Notes: generated by a model not told the origin, from the sequence alone. Counted from the stretch's first letter, positions 13,688 through 23,716 are shown. The stretch: 64,000 nt of DNA from Cellvibrionales bacterium (GCA_038143955.1 JAYQMT010000005.1:551423-615422), one strand, 5' to 3'. Translations and numbers: made by a program.

Positions 13688-13719
13688 AAAAAAAACGCGC
13701 CAATGAGGCGCGTTTTTTT
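13688..13719 (-). terminator. Intrinsic terminator between the xanthorhodopsin-like gene and crtE
   Basis: AAAAAAAACGCGCC-AATGA-GGCGCGTTTTTTT perfect GC stem flanked by A/T tracts, 20 bp after the rhodopsin stop. Confidence 0.85.
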
Positions 13720-13739
13720 CTTATATTTTTTTTTTCTAC

Positions 13740-14483
13740 TTATGCGCCAGCATCAGATTTACGTTGAGCAATCATATAAATCATAACACCGAAACCTGCT
13801 TTAGCAACAACATCTGCAATTGTATAACCCACTTGAACAGAAGCATTAATTTTACCGAGCTCTAAGGCACCTATGCCAAGCATTGGTAGAATAAAAACTA
13901 TTGGGTAGAAGCACCAAGAAAGTATAGTCAAAGTTCTTGCATTGGCTACCAATCTTTTGACATCAATGGGTTGAGAATTTATTGAGGCTCCTAAACCTAC
14001 AACCAATTCTTTTATAATGTAAAGAAAGGGAATCATTGCAGCAGTCCACCATAACCAGCGCTCCTCTCCAGTAGCGGCAACTTCGCCTGGGTAACCTAGA
14101 ATAACCATCAATGCTGAAGCGACTGCTAGCTTGATGCCTTTTGAATAAGTGTCATCCTTACTTAACCTCATTACAAGAACTAGTTCTAGTAAAAGTAAGG
14201 GTACAGTTAGTAACCAGTCAACATAACGATATGCATCGTTAAATGCTGAGCCAGTAGCAGTCACTGTTCCATCTTTAAGGGTGTATGCATGCTCAAAGCT
14301 TTCAAACATTCTGACATAATGATAAAAGGCAATTAGGCATACTAAGCCTGATAGTGTAAGTGCTGTTTTATATGCTGGAGCAACTTGACTGCGCTGCGCG
14401 AACATAAATACTGTGGCTGCTCCAAACGTTGCAATGGCAAAGGACAGTGAATTAAAGACGAGATTATAATCACCTAATTCCAT
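13740..14483 (-). CDS. Xanthorhodopsin-family (subgroup II-like) light-driven proton pump, DTE motif, Leu at tuning site, Trp at antenna site
   Basis: FNDAYRYVDWLLTVPLLLLE, LGYPGE, RWLWWTAAMIPF, YTIADVVAKAGFG (Schiff-base Lys), helix-B His (AFYHY). RBS GGGGAG upstream. Confidence 0.92.
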   Translation of the reverse strand: MELGDYNLVFNSLSFAIATFGAATVFMFAQRSQVAPAYKTALTLSGLVCLIAFYHYVRMFESFEHAYTLKDGTVTATGSAFNDAYRYVDWLLTVPLLLLELVLVMRLSKDDTYSKGIKLAVASALMVILGYPGEVAATGEERWLWWTAAMIPFLYIIKELVVGLGASINSQPIDVKRLVANARTLTILSWCFYPIVFILPMLGIGALELGKINASVQVGYTIADVVAKAGFGVMIYMIAQRKSDAGA

Positions 14484-14562
14484 TCATTTCTCCCCTTAAA
14501 AGATATAATTTTTTATAGCGCCCTCTAAAATAAATTTTACAAAAAAATTATGAAGACATTAT

Positions 14563-14608
14563 AAAAAATTGGCGTTACAGGACGAAATGCATTGCCCTCT
14601 AACGCCAA
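14563..14608 (-). terminator. Intrinsic terminator after proteorhodopsin
   Basis: Minus strand TTGGCGTTA-G-AGGGC...GTCCT-G-TAACGCCAA hairpin followed by a T tract, about 30 bp after the PR stop. Confidence 0.75.
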
Positions 14609-14639
14609 ACTTACTGCTTGATATTCGAGCTACAGGTTA

Positions 14640-15335
14640 TTAAGCCTTAGACGAAGATGTAGCAGCTACCCAAATAACAACACCAAATGCAATCTTGTTA
14701 ACAAAGTCAGCAAGGTTGTAAACAAGGTTGAGGTTAGATGCAGCGTCACCACCAGCACCAGCACCTACGATGTAACCTATAGGATAGATTGACCACCCAA
14801 CAGTTACAATCAAACGTAGTGCATTGAAGGCAGTTTTACTCGCTTCAGTACCCTGGGCTGCACTGATTTGACTAGCTTCACCAACGAAGATTTCGTAGAT
14901 AATGTATATCCACCCAGCCATACCAATTGCGAATGCTGGCCAATAAGACATAGCTCCAACTTCTCCGAGATATCCGCCAACTAACATCACAACGGATGCA
15001 ATTAACAGCTTCCAGAACAAAGCAGCACGAACCACAGCTATAGCAGAAAGAATCAAGAAAAACTCGACAATCTGCAGTGGAACAGTTAACAGCCAATCGA
15101 CATAGCGAAAGACTGTCGGGCTTGCTCCTGTTGATACCCAAACTCCTCGCATGTAGAAGTAATGAATCGCTGCAATACCTGTTACCATCGCAGCAACGGT
15201 TAAAGATGTTTTCCACTTGCCTTCTGCACGATCGCGTTCAACAGTGAAAAAGTAAGTTGCCGCAACCATTGCTGCGGATATAATCCAGAAACTGACTCCC
15301 GTATAATCACTAGGATTTATACCTGTCGTTTCCAT
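14640..15335 (-). CDS. Proteorhodopsin, blue-absorbing type (Q105), DTE proton pump
   Basis: SPTVFRYVDWLLTVPLQIVEF (D97/T101/Q105/E108), H75 in IAAIHYFYMR, VTVGWSIYPIGY, YNLADFVNKIAFG. RBS AAGGAG; no N-terminal signal peptide. Confidence 0.96.
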   Translation of the reverse strand: METTGINPSDYTGVSFWIISAAMVAATYFFTVERDRAEGKWKTSLTVAAMVTGIAAIHYFYMRGVWVSTGASPTVFRYVDWLLTVPLQIVEFFLILSAIAVVRAALFWKLLIASVVMLVGGYLGEVGAMSYWPAFAIGMAGWIYIIYEIFVGEASQISAAQGTEASKTAFNALRLIVTVGWSIYPIGYIVGAGAGGDAASNLNLVYNLADFVNKIAFGVVIWVAATSSSKA

Positions 15336-15481
15336 GTTTCTCTCCTTTTACTTTTATTAAGTTTTATTTTCACATTAATGTAAATATTAAAGCTTGCAAG
15401 TCTTAACGCCTGCTTCAAATTACTACTTAAATGAGCCTTTCTTTGCAAGTTAAATTACTTGCCTGAAGGAATCACTCGTCT

Positions 15482-15510
15482 AATTTGAACAATGAAGACC
15501 CTTTAGTCAA
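15482..15510 (-). promoter_or_regulatory. Candidate sigma70 promoter for proteorhodopsin
   Basis: Minus strand TTGACT-17 nt-CAAATT. The -10 match is weak and the background is AT-rich. Confidence 0.35.
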
Positions 15511-15632
15511 TAGATTTTTGCTAAAAAACCAATATAAAACCAAATATGATTGATAATTAATGCAATTAAATACCTATTTATTTATTCAATATTAAGGACT
15601 ACAGGGTAAAAGTACCGATTAATATTAATTCA

Positions 15633-15651
15633 AATAGGAATCATTATCATC
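15633..15651. promoter_or_regulatory. Fur-box-like operator in the divergent proteorhodopsin/pyrE spacer
   Basis: AATAGGAATCATTATCATC matches Fur-type AATGAGAATCATTATCATT at 16/19. Confidence 0.45.
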
Positions 15652-15759
15652 TAAAATAGAGAATCTTATTAAATTATTAACTTCGTCTATGTATGGATAG
15701 ATAAAATTAGCCTATTCTGGCAATATTAGATATGTAATTTTTTAAATTCTTGTTCTGGA

Positions 15760-16446
15760 GTGGTGATGTCGTTTAATAGTTTTCCCGATAAAAAACATAT
15801 AGCGTCCTTGAGCGCTAAAATGTTAATAGAGATTGGGGCAATCAATTTTAGGCCAAGTGACCCTTATATTCTGACATCTGGTAAAGCAAGTCCAGTCTAC
15901 ATCGACTGTAGAAAGATAATATCCTATCCTAGAGTTAGGTCGGCTCTTATGGATTTTGGAGCTTCCGTGGTGCTAAGAGATATTGGCTTTGAATCCTTAG
16001 ATGCTATAGCTGGCGGCGAAACAGCTGGTATACCTTTTGCTGCTTGGCTTTCAGAAAGGCTTTCTTTGCCAATGCAGTATGTAAGAAAGAAACCAAAAGG
16101 ATTTGGTAAGGATGCGCAAATAGAAGGTCATATTATAGAAGGGTCCAAGGTTCTCTTGGTCGAGGATTTAACTACAGATGGAGGTAGTAAAATTAAGTTT
16201 TGTAATGCTCTTCGAGAGGCCGGTGCAGAAGTTACCGATACCTTTGTCCTCTTTTTCTACGATATTTTTCCTGACACACAAAAAATACTTGCTGAAAATG
16301 ATGTAAGGCTACATTTTCTTACGACATGGAAAGATGTTTTATCTGTATGCAGGGATACCAGTTATATAGATGAGTCATCGATCCTGTCGATTGAAGAGTA
16401 TTTAAATGATCCAAATGGATGGTCTAAAATGAATGGAGGCAAATAA
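15760..16446 (+). CDS. pyrE: Orotate phosphoribosyltransferase
   Basis: [40 protein letters not shown] motif [12 protein letters not shown]. Confidence 0.93.
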   Translation: MVMSFNSFPDKKHIASLSAKMLIEIGAINFRPSDPYILTSGKASPVYIDCRKIISYPRVRSALMDFGASVVLRDIGFESLDAIAGGETAGIPFAAWLSERLSLPMQYVRKKPKGFGKDAQIEGHIIEGSKVLLVEDLTTDGGSKIKFCNALREAGAEVTDTFVLFFYDIFPDTQKILAENDVRLHFLTTWKDVLSVCRDTSYIDESSILSIEEYLNDPNGWSKMNGGK

Positions 16447-16538
16447 ATACCTTAGAACGCCTTGAGAAACTTGTATTTATATTATTAATTTTATTTACCC
16501 ACCCTTTTCTACAAACATGCGTCAAACTAGTGCTAACT

Positions 16539-17835
16539 ATGACAAAGCCTTTAACACCAGAGCAGGTCGCTATTATTGACAAGAATCATATATGGCACCC
16601 CTACTCTTCCTTAACAAAACCTATACCAGTATATCAGGTCGTGAGTGCTTCTGGAGTTCGATTAAAATTATCTGATGGCACAGAATTAATAGACGGTATG
16701 TCTTCATGGTGGTCGGCTATTCATGGTTATAATCATCCCGCTTTAAATAAAGCTCTGATAGATCAGATAGGCAAGGTTTCTCATGTCATGTTTGGGGGTA
16801 TTACGCATGAGCCTGCCGCTTCTCTTTGTAAGACTTTAGTCGATATAACTCCTGATGGCCTAGAGAAGGTATTTCTTTCAGATTCTGGGTCGGTGAGTGT
16901 TGAGGTGGCTCTTAAAATGGCTCTTCAATTTTGGTCATCTCAAGGGCGTTTTGAGAAGTCCCAGTTTCTCAGTTTTAAAAAAGGGTATCACGGCGATACG
17001 TTAGGAGCCATGTCTGTCTGTGATCCAGTAAACGGAATGCATTCTCTTTTTAACCACACTCTTGATAAGCAAATTTTTGCAGAAGCACCTATTTGTGGAT
17101 TCCATGATCCCTGGGAAGATAGATATATATACGACGTTAAATCGAAACTAGAAGCAAGCTCCCAAAATATAGCAGCTGTAATTATTGAGCCAGTAATGCA
17201 GGGTGCCGGAGGCTTAAATTTTTATTCTCCATTTTATATGCAGGAAATTCGAAAACTATGTGACAGTTATGATGTTTTGTTGATTGCAGATGAAATTGCT
17301 ACAGGCTTTGGTCGCACAGGTAAGTTATTTGCATGCGAGTGGTCAGGTATAAGCCCTGATATCCTATGTGTTGGCAAGGCATTGACAGGAGGCTATATGA
17401 CATTAGCAGCAACACTTTGCACTAGTAAGATAAGTAACACTATATGTTCAGGAGGTTCAGGTGTTTTTATGCACGGACCTACCTATATGGGGAATCCTTT
17501 AGCTTGCTCTGTTGCCAATGCTAGCATCGACCTACTTTTAAATACTGATTGGCAAACAACTATTAAAAGAATCAATACACAGTTAAAAGATCAGCTTTCG
17601 AGGTTGGACGGACATCGCAGTGTAAAAAATATCAGATGTTTGGGGGCGGTTGGCGTTGTTGAGATGTTTGAAAAAATCGATATTGGTAAAATACAAAAAA
17701 GAGTTTGTTTCCGAGGGTATATGGATAAGGCCTTTTGATAAAAGAATATATTTAATGCCTTCTTATAATATTTCGTCTGAGGATCTAAAAAAGTTGACCG
17801 ATGGAATTATAAAAGTTGTCAACAGGCTCTACTAG
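16539..17835 (+). CDS. bioA: Adenosylmethionine-8-amino-7-oxononanoate aminotransferase (frameshift near 17700)
   Basis: IWHPYS, DGMSSWWSAIHGYNHP, DSGSVSVEVALKMA, LIADEIATGFGRTG, GKALTGG, FMHGPTYMGN. Confidence 0.95.
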
Positions 17836-17870
17836 CTAGTTTTTCAAATTCGAAACTGTTGGTAATCCCT

Positions 17871-18902
17871 CTAATTTCTTATTCCAAGTGATTTTAGCCC
17901 AATACTAATATTGATTTTTTTAAGAATGATGCGCTATGATTTCTAGCTTTTATGGCTCCTTTGCATAATATGGACTCAATATAATCAGGAGATTCGATTA
18001 GCTCATTATAAAGAATTCTCGGTTTTTCAAGCTCCCCATTAACAAGTTCAAAAAGTTGTTTTTTTGCATCTCCCCATGAAATTCCATTTCTAAATGATTC
18101 CCGCATATAGCTAATTTGATCTGGTGAAGCAAACGCTTTCCAGATTTGAAATACGACAGAAGAGTCTGGATCTTTTGGCTCTCCAGGCTCCAGAAGATTT
18201 GTTTTAATTTTATTAATTTGTTTTTTTAGTTGTTTTTCAGATAAGAAAAGCGGAATAGTATTTCCGTAACTCTTACTCATTTTTCTACCATCTGTGCCCT
18301 GTAAGAGTGAGATTTGGTCATCAACGACAGCTTGCGGTAAAGAGAACTGTTTGCCATAGAGATAATTAAAGCGTTGAGCTATATCTCTGGCCATTTCTAT
18401 ATGCTGAACCTGATCTTTTCCAACTGGAACTTTGGTGGCATTAAACATGAGTATGTCTGCTGCCATCAGAATTGGATATGAGAACAAACCCATAGCCACT
18501 CCAAAATCATTATCTTCACCAGAATTAATATTTTTTGGACTGCATCTTTATATGCATGCGCTCTATTCATTAATCCTTTCGGTGCTACGCACATCAAATA
18601 CCAACATAACTGAGGTATTTCTGGAATATCAGATTGTCGGTAGAATGTTACATTAGTAGGATCTAAACCAAGTGCTAGCCATGTTGCAGCAATTTCTTTT
18701 GTTGATTGATGTACCACTTTTGGATCTTGGCACTTTATCATTGCATGAAAGTCCGCAAGGAAGAAGAAGCTATCAACATTTTTTCTTTACTAGCCTCTAT
18801 CGCAGGTCGAATAGCACCCACATAGTTACCCAAATGAGGTGCTCCCGTAGTAGTTATTCCTGTAAGCACCCTATTCGAAACGTTTTTCGATTTAATTTCC
18901 AT
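17871..18902 (-). CDS. trpS: Tryptophanyl-tRNA synthetase (several frameshifts)
   Basis: [17 protein letters not shown] (HIGH-like) read from ATG 18902, [28 protein letters not shown]. Confidence 0.95.
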
Positions 18903-19021
18903 CTAAAATCCTGTTTATATATAAATATAAAGATTATAACTTTTTATTGAGCGTAAAAGTATCTTATAATCATAAAATGAGCACTGCAATTTCGGTCATA
19001 CTTTTGCAATACAGTATTTCA

Positions 19022-20321
19022 TTATAATTTTTCTGCATCTAAGAACTTACTCAGCATTTGAAACAAATAAAAAGCATCTTCTTTACCTGCAATTTCCCTT
19101 ATAGAGTGCATGGCAAATGTAGGCACGCCTATATCAATAGTTTTTATACCAATATTTGCTGCTGTGATAGGCCCTATAGTGCTTCCGCATGACATATCAG
19201 CTCTATTAACAAAAGATTGTGTTGGGATATTGATATCATTACATAAGTTTTTCAGTAATGAGGATGTCAAACTGTCGGTAGCATAACGTTGGTTGGCATT
19301 AACTTTTATTACGAGTCCGTTGTTTATAATAGGAGAATGATTTTCATCATGCTTATCTAAAAATTGGGATGAACGCCATGTGCATTATCAGTAGAAATAA
19401 GCATTGAGTTTGCAACAACACGGGACTTAGTTTCAGCCTGACCAAAAAGCCGATTGAGCAGTGATTCCATAAATGCCCCATTCGCACCTATAGCAGAGGT
19501 GCTACCAACTTCCTCATGATCATAGCAGGCAAGCATACTAGTTACTTGTTTATTAGTTCTAGTGATTGCTTGAACACCAGCAAAGCAACTTAAGAGGTTA
19601 TCGAGTCTTGCGCTAGATATGAACTCTTTTTTAAGCCCGATTAAACCTGGTGGCTGAGTATCATAAAAGGAAAGATCGTAATCTATTACTGACAAGTTAT
19701 CAGATTTTGATATTGAAGATAATTGAGAAACGAGTTTTTAGCCAAAATATCTCTAAAATCTTCATTATTTTTGTGGCATTCAGTTAAGATTGGACGCATC
19801 TCAGTTTCAGGATTAACTATGTAACCTTTATTTGCATCTCTATTTAAGTGAATTGCTAGACTTGGGATGATGGCGATTGGTTTTTTAAAGTCTATTAATG
19901 CTACAGCAAGTTTATTATCTTTATTTTTATAAGTAACTTTCCCGGCGATAGACAGATCACGATCAAACCATGTATTTAGAAGCACTCCACCGTAAACCTC
20001 TACACCTAATTGAAAATATGTTTTTTTGTGTATCTCTGGGTTGGGTTTTATTTTTAAGCAAGGGCTGTCAGTGTGTGTCCCAATAAGACGAATACCTGTT
20101 TCTATAGGTTCTTTAGCTCCAACAATAAACGCGATAATAGATGAATCATTACGAGTTACGTAATATCCATTATTACTTTTTAGGCACCAAGGTTCACTTT
20201 CATCTAGATTTTCAAATCCTGCAGAATTTAAAAACTTCTTCATATTATCTACAGCATGGTAGGACGTCGGTGAATTTTCAATAAATTCAATTAGTTGTTC
20301 GCTATAATTAAAGTTATTCAT
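19022..20321 (-). CDS. M18 family aspartyl aminopeptidase (frameshifted into three ORFs)
   Basis: SPTSYHAV, HTDSP, RLDNL, DHEEVGS, DNAHGVHPN, CGSTIGP, AMHSIRE. Confidence 0.92.
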
Positions 20322-20345
20322 ATAATTTCTCAGATTGTTTGTTTA

Positions 20346-21148
20346 TTAAGTAACAATTGTGATCATAATCAAGAATATACCTAAAATGAGTCTATAAATA
20401 ACAAAGGGTATCATCCCTACTTTATCGATTAAAATAACAAATAAATTTATGCATGTGTACGCGGCTAAAAAGGATATTAATGCTCCCAACATAAGGTCTC
20501 CCCAGTGGATAGCTGTATCGCCAGCTATTTGGACGACTTTATATGAACCACTTAAAAAAATAATTGGTATAGCCAGCAAGAAAGAAAAATTTAGCTGCAG
20601 CTGTTCTTTCAAATCCCAATAAAAGAGCAGCTGTGATGGTTATTCCAGATCTTGATGCCCCGGGTATCAGTGCTATAGCCTGAGCAAGTCCAACCAAGAG
20701 TGCAGTTTTCCATGTAAATTCATTTATTTTTTTTTGTCTTTACAGAGGTGTAGTCTGCAAAACCGAGAGCTAACCCAAAAATTATAGTTGCAACTCCTAT
20801 TATGCTTAGGGTTCTCAAATGTAATTCAATTAAGTTCCCGAAAATTAGCCCAATCAATCCAGCTGGAATCGTTGATAAAATGATACACCAGCATAATCTA
20901 CTCTCTGCGGTACTCCTTCCATTAGTGAAGCTAGATAACCAGGCAAATAATAACTTTTTAATATCATCATATAGATAAATAATTACAGCGATTAAAGAGC
21001 CAATATGTACAGCTATATCAAAAGCTAGGCCCTGATCTCTCCACCCTAGCAGCACAGACGGTAAGATAAGATGAGCTGAACTGGAGATAGGCAAAAATTC
21101 AGTTAAACCCTGAATCAAAGATAGAGCTATTAAATGCAATAAGTCCAC
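20346..21148 (-). CDS. uppP: Undecaprenyl-diphosphate phosphatase (frameshifted)
   Basis: [35 protein letters not shown]. Confidence 0.93.
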
Positions 21149-21203
21149 TAGATTTTATCCTTCTGCTTTTATGTTTTCCTTAATTTTTTTCTTTTTTTTC
21201 CAT

Positions 21204-21865
21204 TTATATATCATTCCTTAGGTAAATCGGACTAACTTCCTGAATATTAACACCTTGTCCTTTTTTCAAATGCAGTTGAGCTATATTAAGAATATCTTGG
21301 GCTTCAGGGAGCATTACAATATGGTCTAAATCTAGAGTATTTTCTGATACTGGATCATTACAATTGATAACATTACCAGTCAAAATTACTGGTAATTCTA
21401 TTGAATTTTTTAAACACTTAGGTGATGTAACACAATCTTTACTGTCACGGGATAAAATTCCAGATTTATATGAAAATTTAGCCCAATATATTTCGTTCAT
21501 TCGAGCATCAATCATTGGAACTATATTTAAATCTTCTTTATTTTAAGCTTTCTGATTGCTGTATATGCAAGTGTTTCAAGACTAGAAACGGGTAAGACAG
21601 GTATATTAGCTCCATAAGCTAACCCTTGAACGATACCAAAGCCTATCCTTATACCCGTGAATGATCCTGGTCCAGCGGTAAAGGCTATATAGTCCAATTT
21701 ATCCAAAGTTAAGTTGCTTTTACTCAAAACCTCATCAATCATTGGTAGAATTAATTTCGTATGGTTTCTTTTCGCTTGATTACATTCTGTGATCAGCTTA
21801 TTTTCTGAGCTTAAAGCTGCAGAGCATGATGATGTGGTTGAATCAATTGCTAATATATTAACCAT
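21204..21865 (-). CDS. tsaB: tRNA threonylcarbamoyladenosine biosynthesis protein TsaB (frameshift near 21540)
   Basis: ILAIDSTT, GPGSFTGIRIG, IDARMNEIY, PIYLR. Confidence 0.93.
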
Positions 21866-21866
21866 T

Positions 21867-22889
21867 TTAATGAAGTCTTTCACTAATGATATCTGCAAGA
21901 GCAGACATAAATAATGGCGAATCATTTACACAAGATATATAACTATAGTTTTCACCACCAGCATCAAGAAATAACTCTCGATATCCAATATTTAATTCTT
22001 CAAGTGTTTCGAGGCAATCTGCCGTAAAAGCTGGACTTATAATATCTATAGACTTTATACCATCTTTTACACAATCATTAAGCTGATCATCTATATATGG
22101 TTGAAGCCACTTTTTGGGGCCAAATCTAGATTGAAAACCCATTGACCAATTAGCATCTTTCAAATGAAGTTTTGCAGCTAGAGCTTTAGCGGTTGATAAA
22201 CAATGAGCTGCATATGGATCACCTTTATCTGAATATTCTTGGGGTATCCCATGAAAAGACATTAATAACTTTTCTTTTTTACCATAAGTTTTCCAATGAT
22301 CTTTTATCGTCTGAGCCAATGCATCAATATAACCAGAATGTGCTGCATAAGATTTTATGACTGTGACATCAGGCACGTTCCTAGAATTTTTAATTATATT
22401 GGCTACTTGATCGTATATAGCTCCTGTTGTTGATCCTGAATACTGTGGATACATTGGTAGCACTATAAAGTTTTCAATTTTTTCTATTTTGAGCTTCTCC
22501 AGTACAAATTCAATTGATGGCTCTCCATAAGTTACCGCATTGACAACCAAAGGTCCCTCAGGACCATATTGTGCATTAAGTTCTTTTTGTAGTTTTTTTA
22601 CCTGCCGGGAAGTGATCACTCTTATCGGTGATCCTTTGCATTTATTTCTAGCAACTTCAGTACATTGATCTGTAGTGCACCCTTGCCACCATATTTCTTG
22701 GTATGCTCTTGCAACTTTTTTTGCTCTAAGTGGTATGACAATAAACCTTAAAAGTAGCCACCAAAAAAATTTGGGAAGCTCAACAACTCTTCGATCAGCA
22801 AGGAATAACTTTAAGAAATCTGATACACCTTTTGCTGTCGGTGATTCAGGCGTACCAAGATTTACGAGGATAACAGCAGTTTTTTTCAT
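21867..22889 (-). CDS. hemH: Ferrochelatase with Cys-rich insertion
   Basis: LVNLGTP, LPMYPQYS, MSFHGIP, FQSRFG, ADCLETLEEL; likely start MKKTAVIL at 22889. Confidence 0.95.
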   Translation of the reverse strand: MKKTAVILVNLGTPESPTAKGVSDFLKLFLADRRVVELPKFFWWLLLRFIVIPLRAKKVARAYQEIWWQGCTTDQCTEVARNKCKGSPIRVITSRQVKKLQKELNAQYGPEGPLVVNAVTYGEPSIEFVLEKLKIEKIENFIVLPMYPQYSGSTTGAIYDQVANIIKNSRNVPDVTVIKSYAAHSGYIDALAQTIKDHWKTYGKKEKLLMSFHGIPQEYSDKGDPYAAHCLSTAKALAAKLHLKDANWSMGFQSRFGPKKWLQPYIDDQLNDCVKDGIKSIDIISPAFTADCLETLEELNIGYRELFLDAGGENYSYISCVNDSPLFMSALADIISERLH

Positions 22890-22917
22890 AATAATTAAGC
22901 AGCTTCGTTCGTGGGAT

Positions 22918-22945
22918 AAAAAAATGGGCTCATAGAGCCCATTTT
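22918..22945 (-). terminator. Intrinsic terminator after adk
   Basis: AAAATGGGCTC-ATA-GAGCCCATTTT perfect hairpin with a T tract on the minus strand. Confidence 0.75.
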
Positions 22946-22966
22946 GCATCGCTTATCACTATAACA

Positions 22967-23620
22967 TCAAGCTAATGATGTTTCTAATCTTGCTTGAACT
23001 TCATCAAGCGGCCCTACACCGTCTACACAGCTATATGATGGTGCACTTGTTGAGTCGACGGAAGATAGACTCTGATAGAATCCTACTAGAGGCTTAGTTT
23101 GCTCATGATATACGTCAAGTCGATTGCGAACAGTGCTCTCCTTATCGTCTTCGCGCTGAATCAAAGGTTCACCAGTTATATCATCAAGGCCATCTTTTTG
23201 GGGGGGGTTGTGCTCTATATGGTATACGCGACCTGAGTTTTCATGAACCCTTCTGCCACTTAGGCGTGCAATTATCTCTTCGTCTTTTACATGTATTTCT
23301 ATTACTTTATCTATTTCAATTCCCTCTGAAACCAGAGCTTGAGCTTGGGGTATTGTCCTTGGAAAACCATCAAATAAAAAACCATTGATACAGTCATCTT
23401 GTTGAATACGCTCTTTTACTAGGGCAATAATTAGATCATCAGAAACTAACCCACCTGAAGCCATTATTCCCTTTGCTTTTAACCCTAATTCTGATTCAGC
23501 CTTAACAGCGGCTCTCAACATGTCTCCTGTAGAGATTTGAGGTATAGTAAATTTTTCTGTGATATACGCTGCTTGGGTTCCTTTGCCGGCGCCCGGTGGT
23601 CCTAAAAGAATAATTCTCAT
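22967..23620 (-). CDS. adk: Adenylate kinase
   Basis: [29 protein letters not shown] domain. Confidence 0.98.
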   Translation of the reverse strand: MRIILLGPPGAGKGTQAAYITEKFTIPQISTGDMLRAAVKAESELGLKAKGIMASGGLVSDDLIIALVKERIQQDDCINGFLFDGFPRTIPQAQALVSEGIEIDKVIEIHVKDEEIIARLSGRRVHENSGRVYHIEHNPPQKDGLDDITGEPLIQREDDKESTVRNRLDVYHEQTKPLVGFYQSLSSVDSTSAPSYSCVDGVGPLDEVQARLETSLA

Positions 23621-23716
23621 CTAACATCTCCATTTTTAGAGGAAAAACATGGTTATTCACGGTTTAAAAATTATGAGATCAAACATTACACATAAATTAA
23701 GCTGATCACAAGAAAA

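Noticed and set aside
13740-14483. The second opsin as a sodium or chloride pump or a sensory rhodopsin
   Set aside because: Its motif is DTE, not NDQ, NTQ or TSA, and there is no adjacent transducer gene.
13740-15335. The two rhodopsins as an assembly duplication
   Set aside because: The proteins share only short motifs and belong to different families, with different codon usage and separate RBS and terminators.
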